From Rhodospirillales bacterium (GTDB lineage Bacteria; Pseudomonadota; Alphaproteobacteria; Rhodospirillales; UBA2165): a stretch of 64,000 nt of DNA. Location: the NCBI GenBank assembly GCA_012960465.1, contig DUBF01000148.1, positions 8,982 to 72,981 of the forward strand. Reading direction: 5' to 3'. Position numbers and translations under genes: made by a program. Positions within the stretch are counted from its first letter, which is position 1. Every line of letters begins with the position of its first letter. The notes under the pieces were generated by a model, which saw only the letters and a program-made list of their open reading frames with translations, had not been told where the DNA came from and searched no databases. Positions 39,831-49,261 of this stretch are shown here, in pieces.

Positions 39831-40664
39831 ATGCCTTATCCGAATTTTAATAACCTAGACGTTATTTGGGATTTGCCAGAGAACTGCGCAGAATGGGATC
39901 ATATTGAGACTACTTTGGCGCGACTTGAAAACCACCTTGTTTCTCTGCGATTTTCAGATCGATTTGTTTTCTTCATTACCTCTCAGGATGAAAAACTCGA
40001 GATTGCTATTGATACACCTATTGTTGTTTATCAGATACAAGATAAGGCTCATAAAATTCCAGATTATGTTAATGATGCTTTTGCAATTTTTAAGAATTAT
40101 GTGCCATTTAGTCCTTCTCCAGATAGCGTTTATAGTGTGCCATTAGGTTGCAACAAAAAAATACCAAATCTGGATGTTCAGCTGATGGCAGATCGAACTA
40201 TTAATCTTTTTTTTATGGGTCGGGCAGGTAACAGGGAAGATTTTTTTACTTTTGTGGGAAAAGAATTTTTATCGAATACTGAAGCCCGGAATATAGTGAT
40301 AGAGCGATCAGTCGAGATCCAATACAATGTATATGCCCACAATATGGCGCAGGCTAAAATAGCCCTTTGTCCAGGTGGAATTAGCTGTGATACATTTCGC
40401 ATTTATGAGGCGATGCGTGCCGGATGTGTGGTAATTGTACCGCGACAAGTACCGGCTTGGTTTAGCCATGGATGGCCATTGATTGAGCTTGATGATTGGT
40501 GTGAACTTAAACCAATTGCGGAGAGCCTTTTAAACGACCATAAGAAACTACAAAAAATTTCAAATCAAACCCGATTATGGTGGGAAGAGAAATGCAGTGA
40601 GGAGGCGGTTGCCCGTTATATGGCGCGTGAGTTATCTCTTAATCTTATGAAGCTCGATCTATAG
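39831..40664 (+). CDS. Exostosin (GT47)-like glycosyltransferase domain protein
   Basis: C-terminal LFFMG...Y...MAQAKIALCPGG...TFRIYEAMRAGCVVI motif typical of exostosin-family GT-B proteins; AGGA RBS before ATG 39831. Confidence 0.7.
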   Translation: MPYPNFNNLDVIWDLPENCAEWDHIETTLARLENHLVSLRFSDRFVFFITSQDEKLEIAIDTPIVVYQIQDKAHKIPDYVNDAFAIFKNYVPFSPSPDSVYSVPLGCNKKIPNLDVQLMADRTINLFFMGRAGNREDFFTFVGKEFLSNTEARNIVIERSVEIQYNVYAHNMAQAKIALCPGGISCDTFRIYEAMRAGCVVIVPRQVPAWFSHGWPLIELDDWCELKPIAESLLNDHKKLQKISNQTRLWWEEKCSEEAVARYMARELSLNLMKLDL

Positions 40665-40679
40665 TTTGGGAAACATATT

Positions 40680-41693
40680 TTGACCAACGAAAAAATCCCA
40701 ACCACATTGATCACCGGCTTTTTTGGGGTCGGTAAAACAACCGCCATTCGGTCTTTGCTGGCGCGAAAGCCAAAAAACGAGAGTTGGGCAATTTTGGTAA
40801 ATGAATTTGGTGAGGTAGCCATTGACCAGACGGCCTTGAACGTAGTTAACGGAAATAATGTTACCATCCGAGAAATTCCAGGCGGATGTATGTGCTGCGC
40901 AAAAGATATACCAATGAGAGTTGCGATTACGGAAATATTAAGGTGGGCCAAACCCGATCGCTTATTGATTGAGCCTACAGGGATTGGACATCCTGCCGGT
41001 ATTTTGGATGAACTTAGAAATGCCAACCTTAAAGATATAGTCGATGTAGGCGCGGTAATTTGTTTTGTTGATCCACGATTTGTCGGTGATCCGCGTATTG
41101 AAGATGTTGAAGTGTTTCGCGACCAGGTTCATTTGGCTGATGTATTAATCGCGAGTAAAACGGACCTCGCAAGTAAAGATGATCTTGAGCGTTATCAAGC
41201 TTGGGCAGAGGCTTTGTTTCCGCCGAAGCTTGTTATTACCAAAACAGCAATGGGTAATATTGATATAGCATTATTAGACGTTAAGTCGTACGATAACCGA
41301 TTACCACTTTTTCCGAATCTGCATTCCCATGAAAAGCAAGCTATCCCATCTGACATTGGTGAACCTAGACCTGGAATTCCTATTCGGGTAGAAAATAATG
41401 GGGCTGGTTATCAAGGTTGTGGCTGGGTTTTTTCTCACGAAGATAATTTTCGTGACAAGGCATTGATTGATTACTTGGGTCCCCCGGGACCTAAAGGGCT
41501 TAATAATGTCGAACGACTTAAAGGTGTTTTCAGAATGGATGACGAATGGGTGTTGGTTGATCGTGTAAGGAACGAGTTGTCTTTTTCGCCTATTGCATAT
41601 CGCCGGGACTCACGTTTGGAAATTATTTTGTCTGAGAATGAAACAGTTGACTGGCCATATATAGAGTCTGCGCTTTTAAGATTTATAAAATAA
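40680..41693 (+). CDS. Second COG0523/CobW-family G3E GTPase
   Basis: TGFFGVGKTT, VNEFGE, GGCMCC, IEPTGIGHP, ERLKGVF and RRDSRLEII motifs. Confidence 0.9.
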   Translation: MTNEKIPTTLITGFFGVGKTTAIRSLLARKPKNESWAILVNEFGEVAIDQTALNVVNGNNVTIREIPGGCMCCAKDIPMRVAITEILRWAKPDRLLIEPTGIGHPAGILDELRNANLKDIVDVGAVICFVDPRFVGDPRIEDVEVFRDQVHLADVLIASKTDLASKDDLERYQAWAEALFPPKLVITKTAMGNIDIALLDVKSYDNRLPLFPNLHSHEKQAIPSDIGEPRPGIPIRVENNGAGYQGCGWVFSHEDNFRDKALIDYLGPPGPKGLNNVERLKGVFRMDDEWVLVDRVRNELSFSPIAYRRDSRLEIILSENETVDWPYIESALLRFIK

Positions 41694-41733
41694 ATACGTA
41701 AGTTTCTTCAGTGTTAGGTCTTATGCGAAGAAA

Positions 41734-42480
41734 TTAGAATATAAATAAAGTAAGTGCCGTAAAAATTAGAATGCCGTAGGTTGCCTTTTTAAACCATTCA
41801 GCTGGAGAGATTTTATAGAAGTAATCTCCTAATTTTGTGCCGATCATAAAAATGGGAGCAATTATCAGCGCCCGAAGAAGCATTGTTTCGGTGTACACCC
41901 CCTGCACTATCAAACCAAATATAGCCACCAGCGCAGCGCATGCCATAGCGGCAAGAACATTAGCTCTTTTTATTTCCACTTTTTCGGGTGATGTCTGGAA
42001 ATACATGACCTGAAGAGGGAAGCCAGGAACTCCAAAACACCCTGTTATTCCGCCTGAAATTGCGCCAGTAAAAATACCACTGAATATCGAGCGTTTTCCA
42101 GAATAATTCCAACCAGACATCATAAAGCCTGTAATAAATAAAATGAATATAGCCATTCCTTTACGTATGATCTCTGGATCAGCAGAAACTAGAAATAAAA
42201 TGCCAAGGCTTAAGGTGATCGTAGAGGTTGCTGAAACTGGTCCAACTTCTTTCCAATCAGCTTTTTTTGATGCATCAAAAAAAAGCGCGCCTTGGCCAAA
42301 TAAAACTATAAACAAAACGATAGCGAAGCCTTCCACAGGACCATACAAAATTGCAAAAAATGGAATGGCGACGAGTGCTCCTCCAAAGCCTGCATATCCC
42401 TGAATCATACCGCTTGGGAGTGCAACAATAGCAGCTAGTAGCAAGTTATATGTTAAAGTATTATTTAATAGCTGTAACAT
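41734..42480 (-). CDS. TSUP (TauE/SafE) family exporter
   Basis: G..GFGG repeated with G..G..GVPG; about 8 TM helices. Confidence 0.82.
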   Translation of the reverse strand: MLQLLNNTLTYNLLLAAIVALPSGMIQGYAGFGGALVAIPFFAILYGPVEGFAIVLFIVLFGQGALFFDASKKADWKEVGPVSATSTITLSLGILFLVSADPEIIRKGMAIFILFITGFMMSGWNYSGKRSIFSGIFTGAISGGITGCFGVPGFPLQVMYFQTSPEKVEIKRANVLAAMACAALVAIFGLIVQGVYTETMLLRALIIAPIFMIGTKLGDYFYKISPAEWFKKATYGILIFTALTLFIF

Positions 42481-42557
42481 TTCATTCGTCTATAGTTGGT
42501 CTTTACTTCTTACAATTGATCGCAGGCAATACTTATTTATTAACAAATAGAAATCCG

Positions 42558-43658
42558 CTATATAATATCTATTTTAGCCCAAATTTTATCAGCTATATCA
42601 AGATAGGTGGTCGAATGTATGCTGGATGGATCCGAAACAACAATGGGTTGTCCATTATCAGAAGTTTCACGGATGATAATATCTAGTGGGATTTCGCCTA
42701 AGAAGTCCATCCCAAGTTTTTCAGATTCTCGGCGTGCGCCGCCATGACTAAAAATTTCCGTGCGTTCGCCGCAATGCGGGCAATTGAAATAGCTCATATT
42801 CTCAATTAAACCAAAGACTGGTATATCAACCTTTTCAAACATATTCATACCTTTGCGGGCATCAGCAAGCGCAATATCTTGCGGTGTTGATACAATTACA
42901 GCACCTGATAATGGTATTCGTTGGGCCATCGTTAGATGAATATCACCGGTACCTGGAGGCAGATCAATTACTAGACAATCCAACTCGCCCCAAGCAACAT
43001 CTTTAATCAGTTGTTCTAAGGCGCCTGTAGCCATTGGCCCCCGCCATATCATTGCAGTGGCTTCATCAATTAGAAAGCCAATTGACATGCATTTGAGCCC
43101 ATAATTTTCGAGTGGGGCAATCAAGCCACTTGCTGTCTGTGACGGTTTGTCAGTAATCCCCAACATTAGTGGGATGGATGGACCATAAATATCCGCATCA
43201 AGCAAGCCAACGCGTTTTCCTTTTGCAGCCATCGCGAGTGCTAAATTGACTGCTGTCGTTGATTTTCCGACACCGCCTTTACCTGAGGCGATCGCAATAA
43301 CTGAATCAATACCTAGGAGGTCCATCTTTTGAAATGCGGCGGGTTGAGCACCGGAAGGAGTATTTGGTGATTGATTTGTTGGAGTTTTCTCTGGTGCAGC
43401 CTCCGCCTCGCGTTCTGCGGTTAAAACAGCGGTTACTGTCAGCACACCGGAAAGGTCGTGAACTACTTGCTCTGCAGCTTTTCTGACAGGTTCGAGCTCA
43501 GCACCTCTTTTAGCGTCAACCTCAATCCCAAATGCAACGTGGCCATCTTTTAATTGAAGACCAGAAATCATGCCTAAATCTACAATACTTTGGCCCTGAT
43601 CAGGATCTTTTATCGTTTTTAGGGCTTCTAGGACTTGCTCAGCAGTGATCTCCGACAT
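42558..43658 (-). CDS. apbC: Mrp/ApbC iron-sulfur cluster carrier ATPase
   Basis: N-terminal DUF59-like domain; ASGKGGVGKST, DADIYGPS, WRGPM, DLPPGTGD and CPHC motifs; real start is ATG 43658 (MSEITAEQ). Confidence 0.93.
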   Translation of the reverse strand: MSEITAEQVLEALKTIKDPDQGQSIVDLGMISGLQLKDGHVAFGIEVDAKRGAELEPVRKAAEQVVHDLSGVLTVTAVLTAEREAEAAPEKTPTNQSPNTPSGAQPAAFQKMDLLGIDSVIAIASGKGGVGKSTTAVNLALAMAAKGKRVGLLDADIYGPSIPLMLGITDKPSQTASGLIAPLENYGLKCMSIGFLIDEATAMIWRGPMATGALEQLIKDVAWGELDCLVIDLPPGTGDIHLTMAQRIPLSGAVIVSTPQDIALADARKGMNMFEKVDIPVFGLIENMSYFNCPHCGERTEIFSHGGARRESEKLGMDFLGEIPLDIIIRETSDNGQPIVVSDPSSIHSTTYLDIADKIWAKIDII

Positions 43659-43839
43659 ATCTATGGCTCCAAGCTCTGATTTACCTATTGAATAAAATAA
43701 ACGTCTAAAAGGTAATACAAGATTGAGACACCGTTGCAACGGTGTTAAACCTGTCATATAAGTCAGAATAATACTTTGTAAACAACGAAACTTAATTTTA
43801 TGCGGTAATCTGCTGCATTTATTGGATGAGGAAAAAATA

Positions 43840-44967
43840 ATGGTGTGGGATATCCAACGTGGAGGCCCTTGGGGCGGATCAGGTGAGGGCGGATCAGATG
43901 GAGGTGGACAAGGCCCTTGGGGTGGCAATGGAGGTCAATCTGGGCAGAAACCACCCGACATCGAAGAAATGCTGAGACGTGGCCAGGATAAATTTAAAAA
44001 GTTTATACCTAGTGGTGGGGGAGGACCAAAGCGGATTATTCTTCTAGTATTAGCAGCCATAGTTATCTGGCTGGGCACTGGGTTTTATAGAGTACAACCA
44101 AGTGAACAAGGTGTAGAACTCTTATTTGGCAAATTTGTTCAAATGACGACCCCGGGTTTGAACTACTGGTTCCCTGGACCGATCGGACAGGTTTATACAC
44201 CGGATGTAACGAATACTAACATTACCAGTGTTGGATTCCGTCAAGTTGGTTCCGGTGGGGCTCGCGCAACGAATGTGCGCGATGTTCCAGAAGAGAGCCT
44301 GATGCTAACTGGGGATCAGAATATTATCGATATTGATTACCAGGTACAATGGAGGATCAAGAACGCAGCAGAATTTTTGTTTAATATTCGCAATCCACAA
44401 GAGACGGTCAAGTTGGCATCTGAAAGTGCTATCCGTGAAATTGTAGGTCAAACTACGCTTGAAGATGCGTTGGCTAAGCAACGCCAACAGGTTGAAAGTC
44501 AAACCCACGAAGTTTTGCAAAAAATACTCGATAGCTATGGTGCCGGTGTTTTTATCGATTCGGTAAAGATGCAGAAGGTTGAACCCCCAAAACAGGTAAT
44601 AGATGCGTTTAATGATGTACAACGTGCTAAGCAGGACCGTGAGCGTCAACAAAACGAGGCACAAGCTTATGCCAACGATATTATACCAAAAGCAAAAGGT
44701 GAAGCTGCGAAAATGATTCAGGAAGCAACGGCGTATAAAGAGAAATTGATGCATGAGGCTGATGGTGAAGCTAAACGATTTTTATCTGTTTATGAGGCTT
44801 ATAAGGGTGGCAAGCAAGTTACTAGGACTAGGTTGTATTTAGAACGCATGCAACAAGTCCTGAAAGATTCAGAAAAAGTGATTATTGATAAGGGACAGGG
44901 GGGGGCCGGTGTGATCCCATATCTTCCGCTCCCAGAAATAAAAAAGCGTAGTAGAGGAAAAAACTAA
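43840..44967 (+). CDS. hflK: FtsH protease modulator HflK
   Basis: Gly-rich GPWG N-terminus, PPDIEE, TM helix, SPFH domain (MLTGDQNII, AFNDVQRA). Confidence 0.95.
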   Translation: MVWDIQRGGPWGGSGEGGSDGGGQGPWGGNGGQSGQKPPDIEEMLRRGQDKFKKFIPSGGGGPKRIILLVLAAIVIWLGTGFYRVQPSEQGVELLFGKFVQMTTPGLNYWFPGPIGQVYTPDVTNTNITSVGFRQVGSGGARATNVRDVPEESLMLTGDQNIIDIDYQVQWRIKNAAEFLFNIRNPQETVKLASESAIREIVGQTTLEDALAKQRQQVESQTHEVLQKILDSYGAGVFIDSVKMQKVEPPKQVIDAFNDVQRAKQDRERQQNEAQAYANDIIPKAKGEAAKMIQEATAYKEKLMHEADGEAKRFLSVYEAYKGGKQVTRTRLYLERMQQVLKDSEKVIIDKGQGGAGVIPYLPLPEIKKRSRGKN

Positions 44968-45845
44968 TGAATAAATTGGTTCTCGCCATAATTGGTTTTG
45001 TCGTGATCGTTGGAGGTATTGTCGGATCAGCGTCAATATTTACTGTTCACCAAACGCAACAGGCTTTGATCTTACAATTTGGTAATCCAGTTCGTGTTGA
45101 AACAGAACCAGGGTTGAAGTTTAAGGTGCCCTTTGTTCAGAATGTAACATTTTACGATCGGCGTATTCTTGATCTTGATCCTCCTGCTCAAGAAATTATT
45201 TTGAATGATCAAAAGCGTATCAATGTTGACTCCTTTGTCAGATATAAAATAATCAACCCATTGGAGTTTTTGAAAACAGCGCAAACAGATGCAAATTTTA
45301 GGCAAATATTTGGCGGCAGGTTAAATGCTGCAGTTAGATCTGAAGTGGGTAAAGTTTTGCTTGGTGATATGCTATCTAACAAACGCGATGATGTAATGGG
45401 ATTGATTACTAATCAATTAAAAAAACAAGCTCCACAGTTTGGTATTGAAGTAATTGATGTGCGTATCGGGAGAACGGATTTGCCTGAGACAACTTCTCAG
45501 TCTGTATATAATAGGATGCGTTCGCAGCGGATTGCTGAGGCGGCAAAGCTTCGTGCCCAGGGTGCTGAATTGAAAGCTAAAATACAAGCAGATGCAGATC
45601 GCAAGCGAACTGTAATATTAGCCAAAGCAAAAAGGGATTCTCAGATCCAGCGTGGTGTTGGAGAAGGTGCGCAGACATCAATTTTGAATAAAGCCTATGG
45701 CCAAGATAGCGATTTTTTTGAATTTTATCGATCGATGGATGCTTACAGCGAGGCTTTTGGCGAGGGTACGACAATGGTTTTATCACCGGACTCAGATTTT
45801 TTTAAGTTTTTTGGAAACGTGAATGGACGTAAATCAAAGAAATAG
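44967..45845 (+). CDS. hflC: FtsH protease modulator HflC
   Basis: TM helix plus SPFH domain; FYRSMDAY and LSPDSDFF motifs; coupled to hflK. Confidence 0.95.
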   Translation: MNKLVLAIIGFVVIVGGIVGSASIFTVHQTQQALILQFGNPVRVETEPGLKFKVPFVQNVTFYDRRILDLDPPAQEIILNDQKRINVDSFVRYKIINPLEFLKTAQTDANFRQIFGGRLNAAVRSEVGKVLLGDMLSNKRDDVMGLITNQLKKQAPQFGIEVIDVRIGRTDLPETTSQSVYNRMRSQRIAEAAKLRAQGAELKAKIQADADRKRTVILAKAKRDSQIQRGVGEGAQTSILNKAYGQDSDFFEFYRSMDAYSEAFGEGTTMVLSPDSDFFKFFGNVNGRKSKK

Positions 45846-45863
45846 AAAGAAGTTGAAGGTCGA

Positions 45864-46049
45864 ATGACGGATCTTTTAACCGCAATCGCACTTGCGGTTG
45901 CTTTGGAAGGAGCATTATACGCAATCTTTCCGGAAGCTATGAAAAAATTTATGGTTCAGGTTCTAGATCAGCCAGATAATGCTTTACGTCGTGCTGGTAT
46001 GACCGCAGTGATTGCTGGGGTGGCATGTGTCTGGCTTATTCGGAGGTAA
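45864..46049 (+). CDS. DUF2065 (YjeT-like) small membrane protein
   Basis: LEG..YA.FP and LRR.G motifs; usual position after hflC. Confidence 0.85.
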   Translation: MTDLLTAIALAVALEGALYAIFPEAMKKFMVQVLDQPDNALRRAGMTAVIAGVACVWLIRR

Positions 46050-46168
46050 AATACATCCTGTGATCGATAACTGCTGAGTTTATATTTTTTAAATAGATTT
46101 TGATCTATTACGTACGAGGTAACGTAGAGCTATAGAATCGAAAATTAGCCTACGCATTATTTGGCCCA

Positions 46169-47650
46169 GTGTTTGGAGAATTAAGAGTGACTAGATTAAG
46201 CTTGAAATTATTTTACGTCATACCAGTCTATTTTTTTCTGGTCTCTATTGTTGTTTCAACTACAGTTGGTGCTCGCTCAGCGCCTGAGAGTTTCGCTAAT
46301 TTAGCAGAAAAATTACTTCCGGCGGTTGTTAATATATCAACAACCTCTGTTGTAAAACAAAGTGCCGGCAAGAGGCCAGAGCTTCCCCAATTTCCTCCGG
46401 GCTCTCCATTTGAGGATTTCTTTCGTGAATTTTTCGATCGGAATAACCCTAATCAGCAGCGAAAATCCACCTCTTTGGGGTCTGGGTTTATAATAGATGG
46501 AAAAGGCATTGTAATTACGAACAATCACGTGATACAGGGTGCAGATGAAATATCAGTTGTGTTACAAAACAATGAGACGTTAAAAGCTGAGGTGGTTGGT
46601 CGCGATATCAAAACCGATATAGCGGTGCTAAGAGTTAAACCCAAAAAAGATTTGCCATTTGTCAAATTAGGCAATTCAGACAAAATCCGGGTTGGTGATT
46701 GGGTTGTAGCCATTGGTAATCCGTTCGGTCTTGGGGGCACGGTAACGGCGGGTATCGTCTCTGCACGTGGACGAAACATTAATTCTGGTCCCTATGACGA
46801 TTTTATTCAAACTGATGCTTCTATTAATAGGGGTAATTCAGGCGGTCCATTGTTTAATATGGCAGGTGAAGTGATTGGTATTAATACTGCAATCTTTTCT
46901 CCTTCTGGCGGTAGTATTGGCATTGGGTTTTCAATCCCTTCGGGTATTGCCAATGGTGTTATAGTCCAACTCATCAAATATGGTAAAACTAAACGCGGCT
47001 GGTTGGGTGTGCGCATTCAAAGTGTGACAGATGAAATTGCTGAAAGTTTGGGACTTGAGAAAGCAACTGGTGCTTTGATTGCAAGTGTGACTGAAAATAG
47101 CCCAGCTGCGAAGGGCGGCATAAAAGCAGGCGACGTTGTTTTGAGATTTAATAACAAAATAGTTAAATCAATGCGTAGTTTACCAAAAATTGTTGCAGAG
47201 ACTGAGATAAATAAAAGGGTAGACGTCGAAGTTTGGCGTGGTCGCAAGAAAATTGTTACACAAGTGAGTGTAGGCGAATTGGATGAAGAGCAGGTCACTA
47301 AAAGAGTAGTAAAACCTACACCAAAAAATAGCGACGTAGAAAAGGTTGTTATTGAGGATTTTGACCTCACTCTGAGTACCGTATCAAATCAACTACGTAA
47401 ACGTTTTAATCTCAAAAAAGCGTCCAACGGTGTAGTGATTGTAGCAATTGACAAAGAAGGCGTTGCAGCTGAAAAAGGACTAAAAATAGGAGATCTTATT
47501 ATAGAAGTTGGCCAGGTTCAGGTAGGAACACCCAGCGATGTTAAACGCCAAATTAAAAAGTCGCGGGCATCCAGTCTGAAGTCGATACTTTTGTTGGTTG
47601 AGGGGCAGTCTGGCTCGCGTTATGTTGCCCTACGTCTCTCTAAGAAATAA
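46169..47650 (+). CDS. degP: DegP/DegQ (HtrA) periplasmic serine protease with two PDZ domains
   Basis: Signal peptide; TNNHV, DIAVL and GNSGG catalytic triad; two PDZ domains. Confidence 0.93.
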   Translation: MFGELRVTRLSLKLFYVIPVYFFLVSIVVSTTVGARSAPESFANLAEKLLPAVVNISTTSVVKQSAGKRPELPQFPPGSPFEDFFREFFDRNNPNQQRKSTSLGSGFIIDGKGIVITNNHVIQGADEISVVLQNNETLKAEVVGRDIKTDIAVLRVKPKKDLPFVKLGNSDKIRVGDWVVAIGNPFGLGGTVTAGIVSARGRNINSGPYDDFIQTDASINRGNSGGPLFNMAGEVIGINTAIFSPSGGSIGIGFSIPSGIANGVIVQLIKYGKTKRGWLGVRIQSVTDEIAESLGLEKATGALIASVTENSPAAKGGIKAGDVVLRFNNKIVKSMRSLPKIVAETEINKRVDVEVWRGRKKIVTQVSVGELDEEQVTKRVVKPTPKNSDVEKVVIEDFDLTLSTVSNQLRKRFNLKKASNGVVIVAIDKEGVAAEKGLKIGDLIIEVGQVQVGTPSDVKRQIKKSRASSLKSILLLVEGQSGSRYVALRLSKK

Positions 47651-47846
47651 CTTTTCTATTTAAAGATTGAAACCAGCATTATTTGTTTAGTATTGCTTAT
47701 TGGGTCAGCTATTTAGCGGATTTATGACAAACTGTAGATTATTGATTAACAGACAGCCAATTAAAAATAGCTCCCCAAGTATTTAGGGTTTAACTTAGTG
47801 TGTAAGCTTGTTAAATAGTGTTGGTGAGTAGTCTGGTATTAAAGTA

Positions 47847-49118
47847 TTGGATTGTGCTGTGAGTGATTTTCAAAAAAAGAATTTGGTCCGTCCTTTTGCT
47901 GCGCTTCGTCCGGTCCCCGATTTGGCTGCGGAAGTAGTAGCACCTCCCTACGATGTAGTAAGTACTAATGAAGCGATTGCATTGGCAGAAGATAAGCCGT
48001 GGAGTTTTTTACATATTTCCAAACCAGAGATCGATCTGCCGGTAGGAATAGATATCTATTCTGATGCAGTATATGAGAAGGCCCGTGAAAATTTCAATCG
48101 AATGATTGACGATGGAATTTTAAAGCGTGATGAACAAGACTATTATTATATATACCGCCTTAAAATGGCAGATCATATTCAAACAGGAATTGTTGGTGCA
48201 GGTTCTATTGCAGCCTATGAAGCTAACCTTATTCGCCGTCATGAGCTTACCCGGCCTGATAAAGAAAACGACCGAGTGCGTCAAATAGACGCCATTAATG
48301 CTCAAACGGGACCTGTTTTTACAATACACAAATCAAATGATCTTCTTGAGGAGGTAATCAATAGAAACGTCGCTTATGCTGCAGATTATCATGTAATTGG
48401 CGATGGGAAGGTGGAGCATACGCTATGGGTGGTTACGGATTTAAATGACATCGAAAAAGTTACCGAGGGTTTTGATGCTTTAGGTGTTTTGTATATAGCC
48501 GATGGTCATCATCGTTCAGCCGCAGCTTCACGTGTTTTTGCTGATCGAAATAAAACTGGGGGTAATTCGGCTGTAAATGAACCAAACGATTCATTCTTGT
48601 TAGTTAGTTTTCCTGAAGCCGAGGTTAAGGTTTTTGCATATAATCGTATAGTTAAAGATCTCAACGAACTTTCAGAATCAGATTTTATTAACAAAATTAG
48701 TGAAATATTTGATTTGGTAAAGCAAGCCGAAGCTATAAAACCTAGCGTACGTAATAGTTTTAGTATGTACATCTCCGGTACCTGGTATTCACTGTCGTTA
48801 AAATCTCCCATGTCTGATGATATAGCACCAGTAGAGCAACTTGATATTAGTATTTTGACTAATCTTTTGTTAGAGCCAATTTTAGGGATTGCCGATCCGC
48901 GAATTGACCCGCGAATCGATTTTATCGGTGGTATTAGGGGTTTGGTAGAGCTAGAAAAACGCGTCGATAGTGGTGAATGGTCTGTTGCCTTCGCGCTTTA
49001 CCCGACAAGTGTTCAAGACCTTATTTCCGTTGCAGACGCAGAAGAAGTAATGCCGCCAAAAAGTACTTGGTTTGAGCCAAAGCTGGCTGATGGAATGATA
49101 TCTTTAGTTTTAGATTAA
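47847..49118 (+). CDS. DUF1015 family protein (ParB/Srx-like DGHHR motif)
   Basis: PPYDVV, SFLHI..PE, RHELT, YIADGHHRSAAA and MPPKSTWFEPKL motifs; start may be GTG 47859. Confidence 0.88.
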   Translation: MDCAVSDFQKKNLVRPFAALRPVPDLAAEVVAPPYDVVSTNEAIALAEDKPWSFLHISKPEIDLPVGIDIYSDAVYEKARENFNRMIDDGILKRDEQDYYYIYRLKMADHIQTGIVGAGSIAAYEANLIRRHELTRPDKENDRVRQIDAINAQTGPVFTIHKSNDLLEEVINRNVAYAADYHVIGDGKVEHTLWVVTDLNDIEKVTEGFDALGVLYIADGHHRSAAASRVFADRNKTGGNSAVNEPNDSFLLVSFPEAEVKVFAYNRIVKDLNELSESDFINKISEIFDLVKQAEAIKPSVRNSFSMYISGTWYSLSLKSPMSDDIAPVEQLDISILTNLLLEPILGIADPRIDPRIDFIGGIRGLVELEKRVDSGEWSVAFALYPTSVQDLISVADAEEVMPPKSTWFEPKLADGMISLVLD

Positions 49119-49261
49119 CCGGTTTTTTATATATTCCCTTATTTGTTAGGTATTTAATGCAAAGAATTTTTATTTTATCTACTAAAAAATTCAAAAGTTA
49201 AGCACCTTACATTACTTCTTTATTCTCAAATGCATAGACTGTACGGTACACCTTTATATGA

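Noticed and set aside
43659-43928. Pro-rich N-terminal extension of Mrp in the ORF track
   Set aside because: It is the antisense reading of the Gly-rich hflK start; the real Mrp start is ATG 43658
43861-43945. Repeated GGPWGG / GQGPWGG sequence
   Set aside because: Normal low-complexity HflK N-terminus, not a DNA repeat element
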